The notes beneath the pieces were generated by a model. It was not told the DNA's origin and made no database searches. It saw only the letters and a list, made by a program, of their open reading frames with translations. From assembly GCA_034120015.1 (NCBI GenBank), contig JAXEIF010000007.1, positions 78,988 to 142,987 of the forward strand: 64,000 bases of DNA. Reading direction: 5' to 3'. Origin of the DNA: Spirochaetia bacterium (GTDB lineage: Bacteria > Spirochaetota > Spirochaetia > JAFGXN01). The translations under genes and the position numbers were made by a program. Below, in pieces: positions 43,456 to 52,485 of this stretch. Each line of letters starts with the position of its first letter. The first letter of the stretch is position 1.

Positions 43456-46400
43456 TTATTTCATATACTCCAGTCTGAAGTTATCGACCAAAACCGCATG
43501 CCAGCTGTCGGTGACCCCCTGATTATCGATATAGATTCCCAGAGAAACGGCCCCTCCTGCCGGAGCAACAAACTCGAGGGAAAGAGTCTGCCAATCATTA
43601 TTAATTGACGAACCGTTATTTTGTGTGATAGCATTGGTATGATTTGTCACATATGATTCAAAATTTCGAGGACAAAAACCGTCTCCGGATGTTTCAACCA
43701 ACGGGGTTTTCATTGTTGCATTATGAACCTGCAACTGAACTCTGTTCGGATACCAACTGTTCGCATGCGGAGAATAATTTCGAACCTGTACTGTTGCTCT
43801 ATATTTTTGCCCTTCTATAACCGGCACTTTCTGATATAACGCCGAAAGCGCACCGACAGTGTCTGTTGTAGCGTTTGCCGTATGTACGAATTGATTCAAA
43901 TCACAAAATTTAACATAAGCATTACCGGATATCTGATCAGGCCCCCCCATTTCATCGGTAACTTTATCACTTGTCGGTTTCCCTTTTATAACTCGAATAT
44001 AAGGCTCTCGACTGGATGACTGAATATCCATCGCTTCAAGAAGCGGTTTATCACTGTTGTATGTGATACTCAAATCCCACTCGTATGAAGAAGAAAATGT
44101 TTTGTTGATACGGACACGCGGAATAGTTCGAACCAGCCAATCGGAATAAGGATTCGTTTCAAAACTCGGATTCTTTATTCCAATTGAAGGATAGACTGTT
44201 AAATTCTGTGTTAAAGAAACGGACTCATCGCTTCCGTCAGATTTTCGAAATAATGCAGTCACCGTAAACGGTTTATTTTCCCGTTGAGAAGCATCCTGTT
44301 CATAGGGAATGATCAGGGACGCTCGGCGGGAAGAAGAAGATGGTAAATCCACAAAATCCGTTCCTTCCACCGTATATTGAAACTGTATCTGCGGATAATC
44401 GCTTCCCAACCACTGGGACATAAACTCTCCGCTTCTCGAAGGAAGAATGGATGTCTTTTTTAAATCAAGACCGATTCCTTCTGATAAAATCGGAAAATCG
44501 ACTGAGTTATAATCATTCTTTCCTGTAATCTCAATTTGTGCCGAAGCGAGATTCAAAACAGCGAACTGGCGTTCCACCGTCACGGAATTCTCCAAAAGAT
44601 CCGTAACATGATAAGTTGCTTTATAAACACCCTCCGTAAAAGAAGAAATAAGATCATAATTGACTGTACAACGTAAATCTCCGTTAGAAAAATTATTATC
44701 CGTGTACTCAATTCCCGGATCGAAATCTTCGATTCGCAATTGGGAATTATACAATACAGGCATAATAACAATCGGAGTTGCCGCGCTCTCATGCTGTTTC
44801 TTCAACGTCACTTTCGGAGCCATTGTATCAATCAAAAGAAAACTTTGGGCAATTTCCCCTTCCCGACCATATGCATCAACAGAGCGGACTTCGAAAACAT
44901 ATTCGCCGGAAGAAAGCGCAATGTTTCCTCGGGAAAAAGTATTTGAAGACTGGCTAATCCAGGCAACTCCATCGGATCCTGCCGTAGCCGAATACAGTCG
45001 ACACAGATAAGAGACAACAGCATCCGAATCCGACGTCCATGTCCAAACAGGTTTACTGCTGGAAGAAAGAATCTTTCCCTTTAATGTTTCCGTAGCCCCG
45101 TTCTCCGGATAAATCGAATGCGGAGAAGATATGGTTATTGTCGGCGGAGCCGGCTGTTCACGGGAAACAATCAGATTAAGCCGGGCAGGATCCGAAGAAT
45201 GATCCGAGGAATCTTTTTCCGTGACAATCAGCTGATATGTCCCTGACGGAAGAGCGGATCCGTCTTCTGCCTGCAAGTCCAACACAACAGACGAATCATC
45301 TCCCTTGTCAATCACTGATTTATACAAGATATTCCACGCCTGGTTTACAAACTGATGAACTTCATATTCAAACTTACCGACTCCCGAGGATCCCAGCGGA
45401 GTCGAAATAACAAAACGGGGATCTCCCGTTTCTTCTCCGAAAAAAGCGGGGCCGCTCACAACGGGTATCAAAAGATCTTTCGAATCATGACAAGAACCGG
45501 ATAGATAAAAAGTAAATGTTTCCGCACTGCTGTCATTAGATGAAATGAATATTTTTGCATCATACTGCCCTTTGTCCTTCCCCAAAACATCGAATACTGC
45601 GTGAATCTCCAACTCGTTTCCGCTTTCCAAAACTTTTTCAGAGATTTCTCCTTCTTTAACCGAAAAAGCTTCTCCTTCCGTATTCTCGCAAACAACGGAA
45701 TATATCCTTAATGCTGCCGTTCCAGTACTTTTCAGAAGAATCGGAAGTTCGACGCTTTCATCCTCGGGAGTAAGTTGCGGAAACGAAATCCGTTCTCCGT
45801 CTGAAAGTTTTGATCCGTCGAAAAGCACCTGAAGTCGCGGCATATTATTCTGAAGTACGGAACCGATCAAAGTCAAATTTAAATTAGGTTGATCTACGGA
45901 ATTTGATCGAATCGACAATTGATTCGAAACATTACCAATTCTCATCGGATGAAAATAAATTTTAAAATCGAAAGACGCACCGGCATTCAGAAGAACAGGA
46001 AGAGAATATGTATCGGCAAATTGAAAATCCGGAACTCCGGACGGAATTTCCAGACCGGAAATGCGCAGGGGATTTGCCCCCTTATTGGTTATCCTGAATG
46101 TTTCCGGGGTTCCCTGCTGATTAATTGCAACATCCGCAAAACGATAAGTAGTGCCGTTCGTGTACGTTTCTCCACCGGCTGATAAAACAAGAAGCGGATC
46201 GTTTGAAACAATCGGTGCTCCTTCCGCATTGAAAGAAAAAGCCCCTGTTGTTGTTGTAACCGTCACCGGTTTTACAATAAGACCCGAAGGAAGTAAGTCG
46301 TGAGAACGAAATTCAATCGGTATTTTAATCTGCGAACCGGGAGTAACCGAAACCGGAAGTTTCATAGAAGTATCCAGATAATAAGGATCGGCCGAAGTAA

Positions 46401-46965
46401 TACCGGTAATCGTTACCGCCTCCGAGGTGATATTTGAAAAAGAAATTTGCTTCACTGTCGACACACCCCGAATTACTTCTCCAAAACGCAATGTTGTTAT
46501 ATTACCCGTGAAAATCAATCCACTGTTTCCTATCCCCTGTGCCAATGAACTGATTTTGGCTTTTACCGGAAACGAAATAACCGCAGCAGGCGTTTTTCCG
46601 TCAGCTGCTGCAAAAGAACAGGTCACGGTACAGGAAAGTTCGCCGACAGATGACGGCAGATACTGCAGTACAAAAGAAAATTTTTCTCCCGGTTTCATTG
46701 AAAACGGGAACGCGATATCATTCAGCCCGACTGATTTGATTTTAAAGTCAACGGAAGAGGATTTTATCGAACTGACAATCACCGTCTGTCCCGAAGGGTT
46801 TGTCAAATTCAAAGCAATCATCTTTTTGTCAGCCGTAAACTCGGAAAAATCGATTCCGTCTTCGGAGAGTACCGCATTTCGGTACTCGAAAGAGAGCGTC
46901 GGCTGTTCACTCGGACATGAAACAATAAGAAATACAACAGATAAAATCAAAAGCAACTTTTTCAT
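43456..46965 (-). CDS. Giant surface lipoprotein F (about 1169 aa), paralogue of G
   Basis: I moved the start to the ATG at 46965 (MKKLLLILSVVFLIVSC), because the TTG at 46980 lies inside the GAGGAGG RBS. The module order matches G: beta-sandwich repeats such as LRFGEVIRGVSTVKQISFSNITSEAV, then VWTWTSDSDAVVSYLCRLY, then a C-terminal 238-aa domain running from NPSFE to VDNFRLEY. Confidence 0.9.
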   Translation of the reverse strand: MKKLLLILSVVFLIVSCPSEQPTLSFEYRNAVLSEDGIDFSEFTADKKMIALNLTNPSGQTVIVSSIKSSSVDFKIKSVGLNDIAFPFSMKPGEKFSFVLQYLPSSVGELSCTVTCSFAAADGKTPAAVISFPVKAKISSLAQGIGNSGLIFTGNITTLRFGEVIRGVSTVKQISFSNITSEAVTITGITSADPYYLDTSMKLPVSVTPGSQIKIPIEFRSHDLLPSGLIVKPVTVTTTTGAFSFNAEGAPIVSNDPLLVLSAGGETYTNGTTYRFADVAINQQGTPETFRITNKGANPLRISGLEIPSGVPDFQFADTYSLPVLLNAGASFDFKIYFHPMRIGNVSNQLSIRSNSVDQPNLNLTLIGSVLQNNMPRLQVLFDGSKLSDGERISFPQLTPEDESVELPILLKSTGTAALRIYSVVCENTEGEAFSVKEGEISEKVLESGNELEIHAVFDVLGKDKGQYDAKIFISSNDSSAETFTFYLSGSCHDSKDLLIPVVSGPAFFGEETGDPRFVISTPLGSSGVGKFEYEVHQFVNQAWNILYKSVIDKGDDSSVVLDLQAEDGSALPSGTYQLIVTEKDSSDHSSDPARLNLIVSREQPAPPTITISSPHSIYPENGATETLKGKILSSSSKPVWTWTSDSDAVVSYLCRLYSATAGSDGVAWISQSSNTFSRGNIALSSGEYVFEVRSVDAYGREGEIAQSFLLIDTMAPKVTLKKQHESAATPIVIMPVLYNSQLRIEDFDPGIEYTDNNFSNGDLRCTVNYDLISSFTEGVYKATYHVTDLLENSVTVERQFAVLNLASAQIEITGKNDYNSVDFPILSEGIGLDLKKTSILPSRSGEFMSQWLGSDYPQIQFQYTVEGTDFVDLPSSSSRRASLIIPYEQDASQRENKPFTVTALFRKSDGSDESVSLTQNLTVYPSIGIKNPSFETNPYSDWLVRTIPRVRINKTFSSSYEWDLSITYNSDKPLLEAMDIQSSSREPYIRVIKGKPTSDKVTDEMGGPDQISGNAYVKFCDLNQFVHTANATTDTVGALSALYQKVPVIEGQKYRATVQVRNYSPHANSWYPNRVQLQVHNATMKTPLVETSGDGFCPRNFESYVTNHTNAITQNNGSSINNDWQTLSLEFVAPAGGAVSLGIYIDNQGVTDSWHAVLVDNFRLEYMK

Positions 46966-46976
46966 GCACCGCCTCC

Positions 46977-49187
46977 TCAATATTTTACCGGAATAATCCG
47001 GACATTATCTATCCAGGTTCCCGTACCGTTCCGATCGGCTCCGTTTCCGATATCAGTTTTACCAAATCGCAAATCGATATATCCGTCCTGTGTCGGCGTA
47101 AACTCCAGTTCGATGAGATTCCATGTTCCCTCTCTGTTCATCGATCGCGTCGAAACATAGCGGGAAACCTGCGTTCCGTTATTCACATTCTGAACCGATC
47201 CGTCTGCTTTGTATGTTTTTCCCGTCAGCCTCAGAGAAGGAGAGAAATCGGATCGGGAAACAAAAAATTCGACATCCTGAGAAGAAGCATGAATCTGATA
47301 CATAAAGTCAACATTCAGCTTGTACGTAACATCGGCGTAAACAAATATTTTCTTTTGCATAATTGCTCCGACCGTACGCGTATAATAATGAGCCATGCTG
47401 ATCGGTATCGAAGTATTCGGGATGTATTCTTCTTCAGCCGTTCTGATTACACCGCATAGGAACGCGGAGCTGTACCCGACAGATCCTTTCGATGAGGCTT
47501 CGGCAAAATTGGCAGAAGCGAATCGCTCACTGTATGCAAAAGGACCGACACCGTTGTATACTTCGCCCCATTGGGAATAAGTTCCCGCAACTTTAAACGC
47601 ACGGACATTTTCGAACTGCCATCCGACGATTTGATTTGTATCCTTATCCAATTCACCGATTGCAGGCGCATAATCCTCAAAACTGTAATTTTGAACAACG
47701 GGCTCCGGAGGCGGAAGAATTCTGACGATTCGGGTAAATCTGTATGAACGGTTTCCTGCCGTATCTTCACCGTAATAAACTGTTTCGTAGGTTCCCGGAA
47801 TTCTCGTATTAATCTGTTCGATCTCTGTTTTCTGTATTATTAAAACATCCTGAGCGGCCGATTCATCGACGGCAATCACATTGGAAATAATCAGATTTTT
47901 CGGCGAATCATAAGGCAATTCCTGAACCTCGGTCAAATCGGAAGTTAAAACCACGTCTTCCCAGACAGTCTCCGTTTTTTTATCGGTTTCTCCTTCCTCG
48001 GGATCGGATTCACTTTTTCTCGGTACAGTCACAGTCAGGACAGGCGGTGTCACATCATATACTTCAATAAAACGATGCGCTGTTGAACTGTTGCCGGAAT
48101 CATCCGTTGCCGTATAAACAATTTTATACAATCCGATATCTTTGAGTATATTTTTTAAATCCTCATCCGAAACAATTTTTTCAAAAGTAGGGTTCGATGT
48201 GCTGTCGATTTTGTAAACGGAAACAAATTTGCGAACTTCGGAAGTTTCATCTTCGGCATTAAAATCGTACAAAAGTCCAGACGTATCGCCAAATTCCTTT
48301 GTTTTGTCAGCGGGAAATGTTTCGTAGGGCTCCTTCGTAAGGGTTATTACAGGAGGAACAGCGTCATCAACTATAATAATATACCGGGTTGTACTGACTG
48401 TCGTCTCTCCAACAGTCAGTGTATAAGAAACCGCTTGCGGATTAAAATTGACAGCATCGTATTTAACACCGGAATAGTCCGGAGATACATAGGAAGAAAC
48501 ATCCCCGTATTCTCTGCAATAAGCTCTCCATCCCGGTTCGACCATCATGATGCCGCTCAAATACTGGTTCTCGGATTTTGCCTGTCCGACTCGAAGCGGA
48601 TTTTGTTCACTTCTTCCGTCTCCGTCCAAAATAATAACCGGCTCTTCGGGAATCACAACCTGAACCGTTCGAACCGCAGTATGCAAAATTCCCAAAGAAT
48701 CCGTAAACGAGTATTTAATGGTATAATTGCCGGGAACATCATTTTTAAAATTAGACTCGACTTTAACGGAAGAAAGGCAATCGCTACCGTCGGTGTCGAC
48801 AGCTTCGATTCCGGGATCATCAAATGTCTCGAGAAGTCTGATTCTAACAACACTTTCTCCTTTCATTGACAGCGTCCCCGTGTCGGATACAACATTGACA
48901 ACCCGAAATGCTTCCGCTGTTCCGCCGTTTCTCGAAGCAACAGAATATGCGATTGAATATGAACCGGGAGTAGACAAATCTATACCGGTTCTGTCTACGC
49001 AAACACGCGAAGAAATATCGCCATCAATTGAACTGTTAGCAATATATCCCGGTTCAATGTATACACCTCCGACTTTTACATAAATGACCGGAGCACCCTG
49101 TAGAGAAATCACAACATAATCTTCAACTGTGTCCGCACACCCGACAAGAATGAGTATAACTGTCAGAATAGTCGTCAATCTGTTCAT
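46977..49187 (-). CDS. Surface lipoprotein E (736 aa): three or more DUF5011/HYR-like Ig modules plus a C-terminal jelly-roll domain
   Basis: The lipobox is LILVGC. Ig-like modules match the pattern P-x-I-x-L-x-G...Y-x-(D/E)-P-G...D-x-x-D-G...G-x-Y-x-I-x-Y. Examples are GAPVIYVKVGGVYIEPGYIANSSIDGDI...PGSYSIAYSV and FDDPGIEAVDTDGSD...PGNYTIKYSFTDSLG. The last 237 aa run from NYSFE to WIDNVRI. The start overlaps the D stop (ATGA). Confidence 0.9.
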   Translation of the reverse strand: MNRLTTILTVILILVGCADTVEDYVVISLQGAPVIYVKVGGVYIEPGYIANSSIDGDISSRVCVDRTGIDLSTPGSYSIAYSVASRNGGTAEAFRVVNVVSDTGTLSMKGESVVRIRLLETFDDPGIEAVDTDGSDCLSSVKVESNFKNDVPGNYTIKYSFTDSLGILHTAVRTVQVVIPEEPVIILDGDGRSEQNPLRVGQAKSENQYLSGIMMVEPGWRAYCREYGDVSSYVSPDYSGVKYDAVNFNPQAVSYTLTVGETTVSTTRYIIIVDDAVPPVITLTKEPYETFPADKTKEFGDTSGLLYDFNAEDETSEVRKFVSVYKIDSTSNPTFEKIVSDEDLKNILKDIGLYKIVYTATDDSGNSSTAHRFIEVYDVTPPVLTVTVPRKSESDPEEGETDKKTETVWEDVVLTSDLTEVQELPYDSPKNLIISNVIAVDESAAQDVLIIQKTEIEQINTRIPGTYETVYYGEDTAGNRSYRFTRIVRILPPPEPVVQNYSFEDYAPAIGELDKDTNQIVGWQFENVRAFKVAGTYSQWGEVYNGVGPFAYSERFASANFAEASSKGSVGYSSAFLCGVIRTAEEEYIPNTSIPISMAHYYTRTVGAIMQKKIFVYADVTYKLNVDFMYQIHASSQDVEFFVSRSDFSPSLRLTGKTYKADGSVQNVNNGTQVSRYVSTRSMNREGTWNLIELEFTPTQDGYIDLRFGKTDIGNGADRNGTGTWIDNVRIIPVKY

Positions 49188-49591
49188 TTTTTACCTCCCG
49201 ATTTACCGGTTCGAAAATAAAGAGTATTCAGTTCTTCCCCTATAAATGTCAGAGTAAAATTTTCTACCACATAGCTGATTGTTACGGGAATCACATTTTT
49301 ATTCTCAGAAATAAAGCGTATTCGGGGAACTGCCGTTGAATCATGAGTATAACGAATCCTCACTTCGTAATGTCCTTTATCCCTGTCAATCACAGATTGC
49401 CCTCCCGAATCTTTTATGATACGGGTCCATATATACGTCCCGTCTTCTTTTAAAACGAGTTCTTCCCGGACAAATGAATCACGGCCGTTCATTTGTTCCG
49501 TATACCACTCCCCGACAATATCGGTCTTTTGCTCCTGAAAACAGGACCACAAACACAAAACCGTCAAAACAGAAATTAAAATTTGTTTCAT
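49184..49591 (-). CDS. Small lipocalin-like lipoprotein D (135 aa)
   Basis: The lipobox is CLWSC. KTDIVGEWYTEQ...REELVLKEDGTY resembles the G-x-W start of bacterial lipocalin-like domains. It is a paralogue of the 148-aa protein at 54126..54572. Confidence 0.8.
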   Translation of the reverse strand: MKQILISVLTVLCLWSCFQEQKTDIVGEWYTEQMNGRDSFVREELVLKEDGTYIWTRIIKDSGGQSVIDRDKGHYEVRIRYTHDSTAVPRIRFISENKNVIPVTISYVVENFTLTFIGEELNTLYFRTGKSGGKK

Positions 49592-49605
49592 CGTTTTTTC
49601 CTCAT

Positions 49606-52476
49606 TTACTTCTGATAGCCGTAATACATTTCCGGATACCGTTCCTTCGCGAAATCGGAATTAACGGGAATCGGACGATATTTCAAATTAATCCGCGTAA
49701 AACACATCGCATTGGTATCACCCTCAAACGGAAACAGTTCACCGCCGGCATCAAAAGCTTCTCTTCCGAGCGCCAATCCGTTTTTCAAAAGATTCTGCTT
49801 TCCGACATTTGTCGATTCATAATATGGAATCAGCTGATCGGGTTTTAGGGAGAAATTTCCGACTCCGTTATACGTAAGACTGACCGATCCGTTATTATCC
49901 CACAATCCCCACTGATAGTTATAGTCCCGGACTCCGATCTGCATTTTGCAGCTGCCGTTATACATCGGCGTTGTAAAAGAAAACTCAAATGTAACCGACT
50001 GTCGTTTATTACTGTCCAGTCCGGCTGTCAATGCAATTTCTTTATCGGTTTTAATTGAAAAACCTTTCCAGTCGGAATATCCGTTCTGGATTCCTCCCCG
50101 TCCCGTGCCCGAAAGTCCGTTCACCTGAACAGTCAGATAAGCCGCCGCTTTCCCTTTTGAGTTTTCTCCGTAAACTTTTTGATCGGCTCCCATCAGATAA
50201 GAAATTGTCTTCGTCCATGCGTAACGAGGTATCATAATAATCGAAAGACGGTTAAGTGCCGTGTCCTTCATCCAATTTGCCAAATGTCCGAATTCCAAAT
50301 CGGTCAACGCAGGCCAGCCAACAGCCTGCTTATGCTGAGGACTCCATTCCGGATCTCCTTTTCTTTCGATCGAAACATGATATTCGATTTTGACCGCCCG
50401 TTCCATATCAAACTCTTTCTGCCGCTTGATATCTTTCCATGCTTCGGTATCCCACGCAGAATAATCCCAAATATGACGCCGGTATCCGTCCGAAGAAGAG
50501 GAATCGGGAATCGGTTTTCCGTCACGAAAATCATGCATCGGATCATTAAAAACAAATTCTTTCGTTGACGTATTAAAATATTTATTTAAATCAAAAGTCT
50601 CGATCGCTTCGATATGAGGTTGTCCCTTTTTCTCGAATGACACACCACCAATCGATTTACGGGGTTCGGCTAGCGGATAAACTCCCGTCTCATCACCATA
50701 ACGGCAAACCCTTTTTAATGTAAAATTCAGACGGGAAAGATTTTTTATTTCGGCATCGGAAATATTAATTTTTCCCGTTACACGAACCGATCCGCGGTTA
50801 TTTTTATCTCCCTGAGTAGCCGAAACCGACAAGATTTCCGGTACGGGGATTGTATAATCACTGTTCGGAGCTGAAAAACCGCACCACCCGACCTGACTGT
50901 TCCCCAATTCCGGTTCTGTCATTAACGACTCGAGCGTCGGACCGTTTTCATATAACAGTTCCGATTTGAGTTCTTCGGGAAGAACGAATGTCCAATCTGT
51001 TCCGAAAATCGAATGATCGGCAGGAAGCATATCTACACCGTTGAAAGAAGCAACAGGCACAACTCTGTAAAACATCTCGTCCTGTTCCAAATTGGCGCCG
51101 GATTCTTTATCCAGCCAGAGTGTGACATCTTTTTCCGTTTTGCAGGCAAATTCCCAATCTTTTGGTGCGATCGCTCCTCCGGAAACCGCTCCCGGAGGAT
51201 TGACAGGACCATAGCGGAAAATATAATAAGATGATGCTCCGGATACAGGATTCCATTGTACCTTAAATCCTTCACGGCTGACAAATACAGAAATAGATTC
51301 ATTATTAAAATTACGAATACCATATCCGAAAGAAGTCTTCCTTTGTGCATCTGTATCAAAAGCGCTCGAACGTCCGATACCGATTGTGTTTTTTGCGGCG
51401 ACTCTGTAGTAGAAGGAAGAACCGTTTCCGACAGCAGGATCACTGTCATAATAAGTCACCGTTCCTCTTGTCAGATCATTAATAAGAAAATCTTTGATAT
51501 TCGGAATTTCCGTTCCGACCGTATTCCCTGCAGCCAGATCATCTTCCGTAATCCGATAAAGCAAATACGAATCACAATTAACAGTATTCCATGTTATTCG
51601 TATCTTATCTTGAATCAATCCTTTCGTCACATTTAAAACAACAGGTTGGGCAGGTACTCCGACGGCCAACAACGCTCCCCGCGCAGCATAAGAAGGACGA
51701 CTGCGCGTATTCGTATCTTTATGTGCATAAAGACGATAAAAATAATCATACTGAGGAATCAGATCTCCGCCGTCCGAAGTCGAAAAATCACGGTAAACAA
51801 ACTGAGAAGTTATCTCATCAAACGACGATTCGATGATCGGATTTCCGATTCGGGAATAGGCCTTATCACTGAGCGGTGCTTCTCCTCCGGTTTCCACGCG
51901 CGCCCGTTCAATCGTATAATATAAAGCTCCGTCAACAGGATTCCATCTCAGCTCAACATAATCGGATCGGTCACGCAGGGATGCGGAAAAATATGAGGGG
52001 CCTTTAACCAAATATCCCTGTGCGGCCACACTGAGATCACCGGCAAGATTATGCGCATCGGAATAAGCTCTGATACGATAATAATAGATCATCTCCGGAT
52101 CAAGACCGTCCGAGTCCAAATACTGAGTATAATGATTCGAATACAAAGGCGAACTGTTTAAGAGTATATAATTGACATTATCAACGGAGCGGTAAATAAA
52201 ATACAATGCAACTTTATTTCCATAAACAACAGGTTTCCAGGTAATTTCGATCCTGTCTTCATAACTTCCTTTCGATGCGATAACACCTATGGGAGACGGA
52301 ATCTGCGATGATATCGTCAACTCCAAATCATTTTCAATAGTATAAGGCGATTCCGATTCTTCCAATTCCGGAGCCGACACCGTATTGTAATTTAAATTTT
52401 TTCCTGTCAGACTATTCTGTACACATGAAAACAGTAACGAAAAAGTAAATAACAATATAATAATTAATCGTTTCAC
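49606..52476 (-). CDS. Surface lipoprotein C (956 aa): four or more FN3-like modules plus a roughly 400-aa orphan C-terminal region
   Basis: The start is a GTG at 52476, preceded by AGGAGG. The lipobox is LLFSC. FN3-like signatures are IEITWKPVVYGNKVALYFIYR, VELRWNPVDGALYYTIER, IRITWNTVNCDSYLLYR and FKVQWNPVSGASSYYIFR. I recognise no family for the C-terminal half. Confidence 0.88.
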   Translation of the reverse strand: MKRLIIILLFTFSLLFSCVQNSLTGKNLNYNTVSAPELEESESPYTIENDLELTISSQIPSPIGVIASKGSYEDRIEITWKPVVYGNKVALYFIYRSVDNVNYILLNSSPLYSNHYTQYLDSDGLDPEMIYYYRIRAYSDAHNLAGDLSVAAQGYLVKGPSYFSASLRDRSDYVELRWNPVDGALYYTIERARVETGGEAPLSDKAYSRIGNPIIESSFDEITSQFVYRDFSTSDGGDLIPQYDYFYRLYAHKDTNTRSRPSYAARGALLAVGVPAQPVVLNVTKGLIQDKIRITWNTVNCDSYLLYRITEDDLAAGNTVGTEIPNIKDFLINDLTRGTVTYYDSDPAVGNGSSFYYRVAAKNTIGIGRSSAFDTDAQRKTSFGYGIRNFNNESISVFVSREGFKVQWNPVSGASSYYIFRYGPVNPPGAVSGGAIAPKDWEFACKTEKDVTLWLDKESGANLEQDEMFYRVVPVASFNGVDMLPADHSIFGTDWTFVLPEELKSELLYENGPTLESLMTEPELGNSQVGWCGFSAPNSDYTIPVPEILSVSATQGDKNNRGSVRVTGKINISDAEIKNLSRLNFTLKRVCRYGDETGVYPLAEPRKSIGGVSFEKKGQPHIEAIETFDLNKYFNTSTKEFVFNDPMHDFRDGKPIPDSSSSDGYRRHIWDYSAWDTEAWKDIKRQKEFDMERAVKIEYHVSIERKGDPEWSPQHKQAVGWPALTDLEFGHLANWMKDTALNRLSIIMIPRYAWTKTISYLMGADQKVYGENSKGKAAAYLTVQVNGLSGTGRGGIQNGYSDWKGFSIKTDKEIALTAGLDSNKRQSVTFEFSFTTPMYNGSCKMQIGVRDYNYQWGLWDNNGSVSLTYNGVGNFSLKPDQLIPYYESTNVGKQNLLKNGLALGREAFDAGGELFPFEGDTNAMCFTRINLKYRPIPVNSDFAKERYPEMYYGYQK

Positions 52477-52485
52477 AACTTCCTC

